A DNA stretch of 64,000 nt, taken from assembly GCA_041946735.1 (NCBI GenBank), contig JBHGAY010000009.1, positions 76,425 through 140,424 on the forward strand, given 5' to 3'. The notes beneath the pieces are model-generated. The model saw only the letters and a program-made list of their open reading frames with translations, did no database searches and had not been told where the DNA came from. Positions 30,030-40,522 of the stretch are shown piece after piece. Numbering within the stretch: the stretch's first letter is position 1; each line of letters opens with the position of its first letter. The translations under genes and the position numbers were made by a program. Source of the stretch: Candidatus Eiseniibacteriota bacterium. GTDB taxonomy: Bacteria > Eisenbacteria > RBG-16-71-46 > CAIMUX01 > VGJL01.

Positions 30030-30497
30030 ATGGAAACGCTCCATGCGATCGCGAACCGGGACGTCAGCAAGCTCACCCTGCTGGGCGTCCCCGACCGGCC
30101 TGGAATCGCCGCCGAGATCTTCGGCAAGCTCGGCCTTCAGGGTTTCAACATCGAGCTCGTCGTCTCCACGGGGGCGGACGGCGGCCGCGCCGACATCTCG
30201 CTCGCCATCTCGCGGAGCCAGGAGGAAGCGGTCCTGCGCGCGCTCGAGGTGTTGCGCGAAGAGGTCGGCGGGATCTCGATCGCCGTGAACTCCGGCGTCG
30301 CCCTCGTCAGCATCATCGGCCCGCATCTCTCCACCGAGCCGGGCATCGCCGGACGGATGTTCCGCGCGTTGTCGAAGCAGGGGATCAACATCGAGGTGAT
30401 CTCGACCTCGATGTCCTCGGTCACCTGCATGATCGGCGACGAGTGGACCGAGACAGCGCTTCGGGCGCTTCGAGAGGAGTTCGGCCTCACGGCTTGA
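30030..30497 (+). CDS. Stand-alone tandem ACT-domain protein (aspartokinase beta-like)
   Basis: GVPDRPGIAAEIFGKL and VSIIG...PGIAGRMFRALSKQGINIEVISTS; RBS GAGGAGG; no kinase domain upstream. Confidence 0.85.
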   Translation: METLHAIANRDVSKLTLLGVPDRPGIAAEIFGKLGLQGFNIELVVSTGADGGRADISLAISRSQEEAVLRALEVLREEVGGISIAVNSGVALVSIIGPHLSTEPGIAGRMFRALSKQGINIEVISTSMSSVTCMIGDEWTETALRALREEFGLTA

Positions 30498-30568
30498 GGC
30501 GCGGAGCGGCGCGCCCAGCGGCCGCGCCGGGAGCTCGCCGGGGCGCCTTGGCCCTGTGCCGGGGGCTC

Positions 30569-30628
30569 TGCTACGATCCGCTGTTCCGCAATGATCCGTT
30601 CGAACTTCCCCATGGTTCGAACTTCCCC
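30569..30628 (+). promoter_or_regulatory. Extended -10 element followed by a direct-repeat operator candidate
   Basis: TGcTACGAT at 30569-30577; GTTCGAACTTCCCC twice with a 17-nt period (30598, 30615). Confidence 0.45.
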
Positions 30629-30650
30629 GTACCCGACGGCAGGAGGACCG

Positions 30651-32333
<1,683 letters not shown>

Positions 32334-32385
32334 TCGCCCCAGTCGCCGAGGCGTCGAGGGACACCGGGCAGGAAGGGAGCCGTCC

Positions 32386-33246
32386 ATGGCCGAGGAGATG
32401 GACCGGCGGTCGCGGGCCCTCCCGCTCGACCGGCTCGGAGTTCCACAGGAGCGCTTGCGTGAAGGCCGGTCGCCGGTTCTGCTCGAGCCACGCGACCTGT
32501 TGATTCTGCCGCAGCCGGGCGGCCGCGCCGCCGCGCATGCGAGTGCGAGCGCAGGCGCGAGCGCAGGCGCAGGCGCGGGCGTGGGCGGCGCCGCGACGGA
32601 CCCCGGGCCGGGTCCCTATCCTACGGTCGTCTGCTTCCATGGGATGGCGATGCGCATCGAGCCGATGATTCGCTGGATGTCGGACCTCTTCGACACGCCC
32701 TGGGCATGGCTCTTTCTCGAGGCTCCGTATCCGGTCGAGCGCAAGATCGGAGGCGTCCGCACCATCGGCTACGCCTGGTACGCGTTCGACGGCGACACGC
32801 CGGCGTTTCGCGACAGCCTCCGGAGAAGCGAGGCGCGGGTGTTGAGCCTTCTGCCCGATCGCGCCTCCGCATGGAACCTGGACGTGACGCGGATGGTCGT
32901 GCTCGGCTTCAGCCAGGGGGCCTACTTCGCGGGCAGCGTCGGACTCCGCCATGCCGAGCGGTTCCGGGGCATCGTCTGCGCAGGCGGGCGCATCCGGCCG
33001 GCGTATTCCGGACGCTCCCCGGAAACCGTCCCGAAGCTGCCGATCCTCTTCCTTCACGGGCGCGACGACGCCACGATCCCGATCGAGGACGCAAGGTCGG
33101 CGGCCGAGGAGATGCGAGGGCTGGGCTTTCCTGTCGAGTGGCGGGACGTCGAAGGGCGGCATCGATGGAACCCGGCGATGTCGGAGGCTCTGCGACCTTG
33201 GCTGAGCGAGCGCTTCACCGAGGCAGATCCCCCTGGATCCCGATAA
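32386..33246 (+). CDS. Alpha/beta hydrolase (phospholipase/carboxylesterase family)
   Basis: FHG, GYAWY, GFSQG nucleophile motif, HGRDDATIP, GRH. Confidence 0.85.
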   Translation: MAEEMDRRSRALPLDRLGVPQERLREGRSPVLLEPRDLLILPQPGGRAAAHASASAGASAGAGAGVGGAATDPGPGPYPTVVCFHGMAMRIEPMIRWMSDLFDTPWAWLFLEAPYPVERKIGGVRTIGYAWYAFDGDTPAFRDSLRRSEARVLSLLPDRASAWNLDVTRMVVLGFSQGAYFAGSVGLRHAERFRGIVCAGGRIRPAYSGRSPETVPKLPILFLHGRDDATIPIEDARSAAEEMRGLGFPVEWRDVEGRHRWNPAMSEALRPWLSERFTEADPPGSR

Positions 33247-33249
33247 TTC

Positions 33250-33453
33250 CCAAGAAGAAACCCAGGGGCTCTTCGAATCTCCTCTCGGATCTTCGTCCCG
33301 GATGACCGTCTCCGGGAACCCCTGGGTTCCGGTTACCTGTCGAGATTCCGCAGACGACCTGGCTCAAGCCATACGACTGCGGCCAGGCCGCCTAGCGTTC
33401 AGGCACCTCACGGGTCTTGGATTTCATAGATTGGACCACCTCCTTTCTCGTGT
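33250..33453 (-). ncRNA. Candidate structured small RNA or micropeptide mRNA carrying an extended anti-16S-3'-end segment
   Basis: Own promoter, 5' AGAAAGGAGGUGGUCCAAUC, several stems whose G-U pairs work only on the minus strand, and a terminal stem followed by a U-rich tail. Confidence 0.6.
33392..33427 (-). CDS. Micro-ORF, 11 aa (MKSKTREVPER)
   Basis: ATG 10 nt after AAAGGAGGT; TAG at 33392-33394. Confidence 0.45.
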   Translation of the reverse strand: MKSKTREVPER

Positions 33454-33459
33454 ACCGCC

Positions 33460-33488
33460 AACATAGGATGAGACAACGAGCGCTGCAA
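33460..33488 (-). promoter_or_regulatory. sigma70-like promoter for the small RNA
   Basis: TTGCAG-17 bp-TATGTT; predicted start near 33453. Confidence 0.6.
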
Positions 33489-33516
33489 GAAGGATGTCGC
33501 TGGAGGGCGAACGGGC

Positions 33517-34026
33517 ATGCAGGAGGAAGAAACGTCGCCGTGCCGGCGAGAATCGCGAGCAGGACCGAAGCGGAGACGCCCGGCCGAGGCAGGCCCGACC
33601 GGGAGCGCCGGGACAGTGATCGTCTACGACGCATCCTGTCCGATCTGCCGAGCGACGGTCCGTGCGCTGCGTGGCCTCGACGCCGACCGCCTCTTCGAGT
33701 ACGCCGACGCCTCCGATCGAGACCGGCTTCGCCGCGACGTCCCACAGGTCGATCCCGGGCAAGCGATGGAGAAGATCCATGTCGTCCTTCCCGGCGGAGG
33801 CGTGCGCGCGGGATTCAGCGCCTTGCTGGCGATCGTTTCGGCGCTCCCCGGCTGCCGTCCGCTCGCTGTGGCCCTCGGCCTGCCGGGGATCCGCTGGATT
33901 GGAGAGAAGGCATACGCCGTGTTCGCGCGTCACAGACCGCGACGAGGAGGAGGACGAGAAGGAGGACGAGGAGATACGCATGCCGTGCGGGAAGGCGAGC
34001 CGCGCCCCGGTGGACGGGAAGGGTAG
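33517..34026 (+). CDS. DCC1-like thiol-disulfide oxidoreductase family (DUF393)
   Basis: VIVYDASCPICR and GEKAYAVFARHR. The true start may be further downstream. Confidence 0.8.
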   Translation: MQEEETSPCRRESRAGPKRRRPAEAGPTGSAGTVIVYDASCPICRATVRALRGLDADRLFEYADASDRDRLRRDVPQVDPGQAMEKIHVVLPGGGVRAGFSALLAIVSALPGCRPLAVALGLPGIRWIGEKAYAVFARHRPRRGGGREGGRGDTHAVREGEPRPGGREG

Positions 34027-34372
34027 AGGCGAGCAAAGCGAGGCGGTGCGGAAAAGAAGGAAGCATGGCTGCCGGCGCGGAGGGGGGATGCCACAAGAGG
34101 ATGGACAGCCATGCGAGGGACCGCAGGCGCATCGTCGCGCGGAAATGGGCACGGTCCAAGCCAATTCCCTGTCATGTTCGCGATCCTTCGACCGCGCGAC
34201 GATGCGCTTCGCTCTCCGCCGTCCAGTTGAGCAGACCGGAGGGGGGACGAGCAGAGCCGAGTCGAGTCGAGCCACCAAGTCGAGCCGAGCCCCCGAGGCG
34301 AAGCGAAGCGATCAGCAGGCCTCCGCGAGGCTTGAAGCTCGATTCATTCCCGCCGCATCGCGTTCCTCCTAA

Positions 34373-36940
34373 TCACGCGCATCCCCGTGATGCGTCCCCA
34401 CCCGCACCGTCCGAAGGCGAAGCAGGGGGCTTCGCGCTCTCCGGGTCCGCGATCCTCTCTCCTTCCGGCTCGCGTTCCTCCGCGCTCGCCGAATCTCCGG
34501 GACCGGGGAAAAGGCCGAGCCGCTTCATCTTTCCGATCAGCGTCGTTCGGCTCAGTCCGCCCAGGGAGCGGGCGGCGCGCGTGCGGTTCCACTCGTTCTC
34601 CTCGAGCGCCTTGACGATCAGCCGGCGCTCGAGGTTCTCGAGGAACGGCTCGAGGCCTCCTGCGGCGCTCACGTCGTAGGGATCGAAAGCCTCTTCGGCA
34701 TCGATCGTCGCCGGCAGCCGTTCGAGGTCGATGCAGTCCGCCTCGATCCGGTCCCGTCCGAGAGCGAGGGTGAGAGCGAGCGCCTTCTCGACGACGAAAC
34801 GCAGCTCGCGCACGTTGCCCGGCCAGGCGTGCGCGAGAAGCCGGTCGAGCGCTTCGGGAGTCGGGGAGGGGCGGGGATCGTCCGGCCCGGCGAAGAGACG
34901 CACGAAGTGGTGCACGAGGAGTGGCACGTCCCCCATCCGGTCGCGTAGCGGGGGCAGGTCGATGCGAAGGCCGGAAAGGCGGTAGTAGAGGTCGCGCCGG
35001 AACTCGCCTCGGCGGATCTGTCCCTGCAAGTCGGCGTTCGTCGCCGCCAGCACGCGCGCGTGGATCTTGCGCGTCCGCGTCTCGCCGACGCGGCGCACCT
35101 CCCCCAGCTCCAGAACGCGCAGCAGCTTCACCTGCGCGCGCGGCGTCATCTCCCCGATCTCGTCGAGGAGCAGCGTGCCCCCGTCCGCCGCCTCGAAGAG
35201 GCCGACCTTGTCGGCGATCGCGCCGGTGAACGCGCCGCGGACGTGCCCGAACAGCTCGCTCTCCTGCAGCTCGGCGGGCAACGCCCCGCAATTGACGGCG
35301 ACGAACGGGCCGCGGCTCGCAGCCGCCCGGTGGAGGGCGCGAGCGAGAACCTCCTTGCCGGTTCCGCTCTCGCCGAGGATCAGCACGGGGATCGCCGTGC
35401 GTGCGAGCGACTCGATCGGCTCGAGCGCCCCGAGGATCCGCGGGTCGGCGGTGACGAACCCCAGCTGGGACACGCGCCGCGCGCGCGGCACGCGAGGTGG
35501 TCGCGCCGCAGCCGCGGCGGGCGCGGCGGCGGCCGCGCGCTCGCATTCCCGAAGTCCTTCGAGGGCGACGTCGCAGCGCCACGCGAAGCGGCTCTCCCCG
35601 AGCCGATGGAACAGCAGGCGGGCCTCGAGCAGAGACTCTTTCGCCCCCTCCCGCAGGTTCGGCTCCCAGCGGCGCACGAGGACCGCTTCGGCGCGCTCCA
35701 GCAAAGTCCCGGCCAGCTCTCGCGAGGCTTGGACGCTGCGGTGGAGATCTTCGGCCCATTGGAACTCCGCCCAGGCGCGTTCCTCCTCCCCATCCTGGAG
35801 AGCAAGACGGGCGGCGAGCCGCCGCAGGCCCGCCAGGGCGAATCGATAGGCGGCGCCGGCGAGCCGCGCTCCATCCACGCCGGCGGGCAGGACGTCGGAG
35901 AGGACCGCACGCGCCTCGGCCGGCATGCGGCGCTCGAGCAGGACCTCGGCGAGGAGGCTTGCCGCCTGCATCCCCGTCTCTTCGTCCCACGATCCCTTCT
36001 CGGCCATCGCCGCCCCACCGCCGCACACGGGGACGTCCGCCTGGACAGAGGCGGCGCTCGCTTCGCGGCAGGCGGCGCTCGCCTCGCAGCAGGCGGGGGC
36101 CGCTTCTCGGCAGACGGCGATCGTTTCGCGGCACGCGGACTCCGCCGCCTCCAACCGTCCGGAGAGAGACAGCAGGCGCGCGGCGGCGAGACGCGCGCGG
36201 GCGCGCAGCTCCGGGATCCTCTCGAGCGCCGGCTCGCCTTGCAGGCGGTCGAGCATGCGGCGCGCGGCGGGCAAGTCGCGGGCGTCAAGATAGACGTTCG
36301 CCGCGGTGAGACGCGCGCGCCCGCGCAGAGCCCAGTGGACCGGGGTCGACCTCGGTCCTCCCCCGCCTCGGAGCAGCCGCAAGGCGCGCGCCAGGTGGCG
36401 TACCGCGCGCGGCGGCTCTCCTGCCCCGGAGGCCGCCAGCGCCTCGCCGATCCGCAGCAGCGCCTCCTCCTCGCCGCCGCGGCGAGCGAGCGGCACGAGC
36501 GCCTCGAATGCCTCCCCCGCCGCCGTCCAGCAGCCGGCGGCGAGGAGCGAGCGGGCGAGGGCGAGCCCGGTCACGCGGAGCGAGGGTCGGTCCTCGTGCG
36601 CGAGCGCGAGCGCGTGCAGGCGGACGAGCTGGGAGCGGACGTCGCCGGCGCCATGCGGCGCCGCGGCGGTCGCCACCCGTTGCTCGAGCTCATCGGCCTG
36701 CCGCTCCAGATCGAGATCGGCGGCCGGCGACGCCCGCTCGACGGCGTCGGACGTTGCGACATCCTCGAAGAGCGAACCGCAAAGGATCGAAGCCGCGGCG
36801 AGTGTCGTCGCGTCGCGCTGGGGGACGAGCTCCGTGGGCCCCTCGAATGGCTCGGGCTGCGGAGCTGCGACAGGTTTCAGAGACACAAGAGACACGAGCG
36901 AAGCGAGCGAAACGGGGGACCTCTCCTGGATCACGGCCAC
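34373..36940 (-). CDS. sigma54-dependent activator: TPR-like N-terminus + AAA+ + Fis-type HTH
   Basis: [58 protein letters not shown]. Confidence 0.93.
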   Translation of the reverse strand: MAVIQERSPVSLASLVSLVSLKPVAAPQPEPFEGPTELVPQRDATTLAAASILCGSLFEDVATSDAVERASPAADLDLERQADELEQRVATAAAPHGAGDVRSQLVRLHALALAHEDRPSLRVTGLALARSLLAAGCWTAAGEAFEALVPLARRGGEEEALLRIGEALAASGAGEPPRAVRHLARALRLLRGGGGPRSTPVHWALRGRARLTAANVYLDARDLPAARRMLDRLQGEPALERIPELRARARLAAARLLSLSGRLEAAESACRETIAVCREAAPACCEASAACREASAASVQADVPVCGGGAAMAEKGSWDEETGMQAASLLAEVLLERRMPAEARAVLSDVLPAGVDGARLAGAAYRFALAGLRRLAARLALQDGEEERAWAEFQWAEDLHRSVQASRELAGTLLERAEAVLVRRWEPNLREGAKESLLEARLLFHRLGESRFAWRCDVALEGLRECERAAAAAPAAAAARPPRVPRARRVSQLGFVTADPRILGALEPIESLARTAIPVLILGESGTGKEVLARALHRAAASRGPFVAVNCGALPAELQESELFGHVRGAFTGAIADKVGLFEAADGGTLLLDEIGEMTPRAQVKLLRVLELGEVRRVGETRTRKIHARVLAATNADLQGQIRRGEFRRDLYYRLSGLRIDLPPLRDRMGDVPLLVHHFVRLFAGPDDPRPSPTPEALDRLLAHAWPGNVRELRFVVEKALALTLALGRDRIEADCIDLERLPATIDAEEAFDPYDVSAAGGLEPFLENLERRLIVKALEENEWNRTRAARSLGGLSRTTLIGKMKRLGLFPGPGDSASAEEREPEGERIADPESAKPPASPSDGAGGDASRGCA

Positions 36941-37299
36941 CTCTCGGAAGTGCGCCCCTCGGCCGGGCCGGCCATCGAGGCGCGGTTACCAGCTTGCGAC
37001 ATCAGGACTTCGGGAGGCTGGTGCCGGGGACTGCCGGAACGATTCGTAGCTCCGGCCGTCCCCGAGCGGGCATCCGGGGGGCGAATGCCTTCTACTGCTA
37101 TAGCAAGACTCGCACCGGGAGCGGTGAGTGGCCGGCCGGCCAGCCAGCCAGCGGCTGCGAGGCTGCGGAGGGGAGAGCAAGCGCGGGCGTCCGAGTGCGG
37201 GATGGACTCGCTCCGGTGCGGCGGATACCGTCGCTCTGTCGCGAACGGCGCGCCGCCTCACCCTTCGCGGAGAGTGCGGCAGGAAGGCGAGACCGATCG

Positions 37300-40200
37300 A
37301 TGCGTCTGCCCCAAACCCTTCTTCTCCTGCTCGCGTGGACGGCCGCCGCAGCGTCGGTGGCCGTGCCGCCCGCGCCCGCGCAGGGCACGTTCGTCCTGAT
37401 GAACGAGCGCAACCATCCCGAGCTGCGGTGGATGGAGCTGCGAACGGCGCACTTCCGGATCTTCTATCACGACCCGCTCGAGAGCTGGGCTCGCGAGGCG
37501 GTCTCGATCCTCGAGCGCTACGACGCGCCACTACGCGAGCGCCTCGGCGTCGAGCCCGGCGGCCCGCCGACCCGCGTGTATCTGTCCGACCAGGATCAGA
37601 TCGCCAACGGCGCAGCGGTGGGCGACTACTTCTACGTCTGGATCCCCTCCCATCCGATCAGCCGGTGGTACGCCGGGGACAGGCCGTGGCTCGAGGAGGT
37701 GCTGATCCACGAGTACACCCACGTCCTGATCACGCGAGCCTCGTGGACGTGGATCGGGAACCTGGCATTCCTGGTCGGCGCCTACCCTCCACGTTGGGTG
37801 CACGAGGGAGTCGCGCAATGGACGGCGGAACGTTGGTCGGTGACGCGCGGGGATCAGACGCTGGGCGCCGCGGTGATGGACGGCTCGATCGAGCGCACCC
37901 CGCCCGGCGTGCCCGGAGAAGGCGCCCTCCTCTACTCGCGCGGCCACGCACGTATCCGATGGATCGCCGCGATGGCGGGCGATTCGACGATCGCCCGCCT
38001 GCTCGAACCGCACGGTTCGCTCGGCCTCTATTCGTATCCGGCGGCCGAGCGCCGCGCTCTGGGGACGAAGCGGGCCGGGCGATCGTCCGAGGACTTCCGC
38101 CGCGACATGATCGCCTTCTACGGCGCCCGCTACGAGGCCGGAGAGGATCCTGATTCGCTCGGCAGGCTCGCCGACGCTCCGCTCGCCTATCCGCAGCGGT
38201 TCGTGGAGCTCGGCTCGGACGTCGGTTCGGACGTCGGCTCGGAGGCCGACTCGACGGCCGACTCGACGGGCGACTCGACGGCGAGCGGCCCGGCCCCCGG
38301 ATTCTGGACAGGACAGGCGCGCCGGGGCGCGCCCGAGTCTTCGCTCTTCCTCGCCGGCAAGGACGGCGCGCGCCGCGTCGTGGCAGGATCCGTGTCCGGC
38401 TCTCCGGTGCCGCTTCCGGGCGGTGGCGCGCTCCTGCCGCGCCTCCATCGGGCCGATCACGGAGCGATCGTCGAGGATCTCGGCCTCTGGGAACCGCGCG
38501 AAGGCTTCCGCTTCCTCACCCACGGCGAACGGATCGGCGAAGCGGCCTGGCTGTCCGGGACCGGGGCAGCGGCCGACTCCCCGCTCGTCGTGCTGTTCGA
38601 TCGACCGCTCGAGACGGTGCTCGCGCGCGGGCGCCTCGCTCCCGATCGCCGCGCGATCGACGTCCGTCCCATCCTCTCGTGGCCGCGCGGGCACAACCTG
38701 CACGGACTCGCCTCCTCTCCGGACGGTTCGCGCCTTGCCGTCTCGATCGCCGAGCCCGACGGCAGCCGCGGCCTCTGGGGCATCCGGCTACGGCCCGATG
38801 GGGCCGGCCGGCTCCCGCTCCTACGTCACCGCGTCGACGTCGCCGAGGAGCGGTCGGCTTCGTGGGTCGATGAAGAGACGCTCGCCTGGACGTCCTACGA
38901 AGGCGGGATCGCCAACGTCCGGACCGCCCGATGGCCCGAGGGCGCCGACAGCTTGACCGGCGCGCGACTCCGCACGAAGACCGGGATCGGCGCGGATCTG
39001 GCAGGCGTGCGCGACGATTCGCTCCTCGTCGTGGATCGATCGACGCGCCTCCGCTTCCCGGTTCGGGCGGCGGCGGCGGCGACCCGGCGCGGCACGGGCG
39101 GCGACCTTCCCCGCGATCCGTATCCTTTCCCGAGCGGGCGGGCGGTCGCGCCTCTTCCCGCGGAGAGCGTCTCGGTCGCCGCGACGGCCGAAGGACCGTT
39201 CCCGTATCGCGCCCTCCGAGAGGTCCGGCCGTGGTTCCTCCTGCCGCTCCTCGGGCCTCAGGCGGGGTCCCTGGGCTTCGGGGGGCTGGCGATCGCGAGC
39301 GAGCCGCTTCTTCGCCATTCGATCGGCGCCTACGTCTACGGCAGTCCCGAGTCGTATCGCGATCCGGATCGAGCCGCCGCCTACCTCACGGGGCGCTTCG
39401 GGCCGTGGCTGGCCGCGTACCACCACTCGACGATCCTCCCGCGCCGCGTGCTTCGTGGAGGGATCCTCTGGGAGCGGCGGGAGCAGACCGGGATCGGCGT
39501 GCTCGCGCCGCTTCAGTCCTCGGCCGATCCGAACCGGGGCGGATGGATCGCGCTCGCCGTCGACGCCGACAGCCGCTGGCCTCGCTTCGACGCGGCCGCC
39601 CTGCGCACCCCGCTCGGCGCGCCGCGCGCCTGGTCAGGCGTGCGAGCGTCGATCGAGGCCGGGACCGTCCACCAGCCGCCGCCCGCGCGCGGCAACGTCG
39701 CCACGGGCATCTCCGTTCGCGTCGATGGCAGCCTGGCCGCGCTCGAGCATCAGGAGCGGTTCCTGCGCGCCGCCGCGCGCTTCTTCCACGCGGCGCCGCT
39801 GCCCTTCGCGCCATCGCGCCTGTATCTGGAGGGTTCCTTCAACGGAGTGTCGGGGCCGGGACGATCGGGCGGGCTCCCGCCGCAGGAGTATCTCGGCCTC
39901 GACCGCTACCCGAGCTACGATGCCGGCGTCCCCGGCCTCGACCTGGACGGGACGGTCTTCCTTCGCGGCTGGCCGCGCGAGCGAGCGGCGCGCGCGGTGC
40001 TCTACGGCGATCTCGAGATCCGGATGCCCGTGCTCCCTGACTTCGGCATCCGCGGCCCCGGCTTCGCGATCGGCGCCGGCACCCTCGCTCCCTTCCTCGA
40101 GGCGGCGCATCCCTGGGGCGGATATTCCGCTCCTTTGTCCGAGGAGCGCACACGCGTGGCGGCCGGGTTCGAGGCGCGGCTCGGCGCTCGTCTCGGCCCG

Positions 40201-40389
40201 CTGCCTCTCGTCGCGAGCGCGGCGTGGGGACGGCCGCTCGGCCGCGAACACCCCGATGGCTTCGTGACGTGGAGGGTGAGCGCCGGTCCTCCGGTGCGCG
40301 CTCCCCTTTCGCCGGCGCGCCTCGCGCGCGCCCTGCTCGGCGGGCGGCTGATCGAGGAACTGCCGCGCGACGAATCGCTGCCGCGCTGA
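37300..40389 (+). CDS. Large exported/outer-membrane protein: gluzincin-like HExxH domain, propeller-like middle, beta-rich C-terminus
   Basis: Signal peptide; WMELRTAHFRIFY, IHEYTH...WVHEGVAQW; SPDGSRLAVS; alternating aromatic beta strands at the end. Confidence 0.7.
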   Translation: MRLPQTLLLLLAWTAAAASVAVPPAPAQGTFVLMNERNHPELRWMELRTAHFRIFYHDPLESWAREAVSILERYDAPLRERLGVEPGGPPTRVYLSDQDQIANGAAVGDYFYVWIPSHPISRWYAGDRPWLEEVLIHEYTHVLITRASWTWIGNLAFLVGAYPPRWVHEGVAQWTAERWSVTRGDQTLGAAVMDGSIERTPPGVPGEGALLYSRGHARIRWIAAMAGDSTIARLLEPHGSLGLYSYPAAERRALGTKRAGRSSEDFRRDMIAFYGARYEAGEDPDSLGRLADAPLAYPQRFVELGSDVGSDVGSEADSTADSTGDSTASGPAPGFWTGQARRGAPESSLFLAGKDGARRVVAGSVSGSPVPLPGGGALLPRLHRADHGAIVEDLGLWEPREGFRFLTHGERIGEAAWLSGTGAAADSPLVVLFDRPLETVLARGRLAPDRRAIDVRPILSWPRGHNLHGLASSPDGSRLAVSIAEPDGSRGLWGIRLRPDGAGRLPLLRHRVDVAEERSASWVDEETLAWTSYEGGIANVRTARWPEGADSLTGARLRTKTGIGADLAGVRDDSLLVVDRSTRLRFPVRAAAAATRRGTGGDLPRDPYPFPSGRAVAPLPAESVSVAATAEGPFPYRALREVRPWFLLPLLGPQAGSLGFGGLAIASEPLLRHSIGAYVYGSPESYRDPDRAAAYLTGRFGPWLAAYHHSTILPRRVLRGGILWERREQTGIGVLAPLQSSADPNRGGWIALAVDADSRWPRFDAAALRTPLGAPRAWSGVRASIEAGTVHQPPPARGNVATGISVRVDGSLAALEHQERFLRAAARFFHAAPLPFAPSRLYLEGSFNGVSGPGRSGGLPPQEYLGLDRYPSYDAGVPGLDLDGTVFLRGWPRERAARAVLYGDLEIRMPVLPDFGIRGPGFAIGAGTLAPFLEAAHPWGGYSAPLSEERTRVAAGFEARLGARLGPLPLVASAAWGRPLGREHPDGFVTWRVSAGPPVRAPLSPARLARALLGGRLIEELPRDESLPR

Positions 40390-40522
40390 GCGGACGCCGC
40401 GGCTCGGGCGCCGCCAGACGCCGCCCGCCCCCACCCGCCTCTCTTGTCCCCAAGCGCGCAAGCCCCTACGCTGGAGAGCGTTCTCGGCCGCCCTCTCGCG
40501 TTTCCATCCCCAGGAGGATTCG

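Noticed and set aside
26113..30650. Cobalamin riboswitch upstream of nrdJ, pduO or the mutase
   Set aside because: No B12-box or other conserved core seen by eye; cmscan would settle it.
33257..33330. Hammerhead ribozyme, SRP RNA, 6S RNA or tRNA
   Set aside because: No CUGANGA/GAAA core, no SRP helix-8 motif, not a single 6S-like rod, no cloverleaf.
33392..33427. Type I toxin
   Set aside because: The peptide is short and hydrophilic with no TM helix, and no antisense antitoxin unit is evident.
33429..33448. 16S rRNA gene fragment on the plus strand
   Set aside because: Similarity is limited to ~20 nt with no flanking rRNA sequence; it fits better as a minus-strand complement (see findings).
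34344..34370. AGGAGG followed by MRRE-stop after the sigma54 activator
   Set aside because: Four codons with no other support; probably chance.
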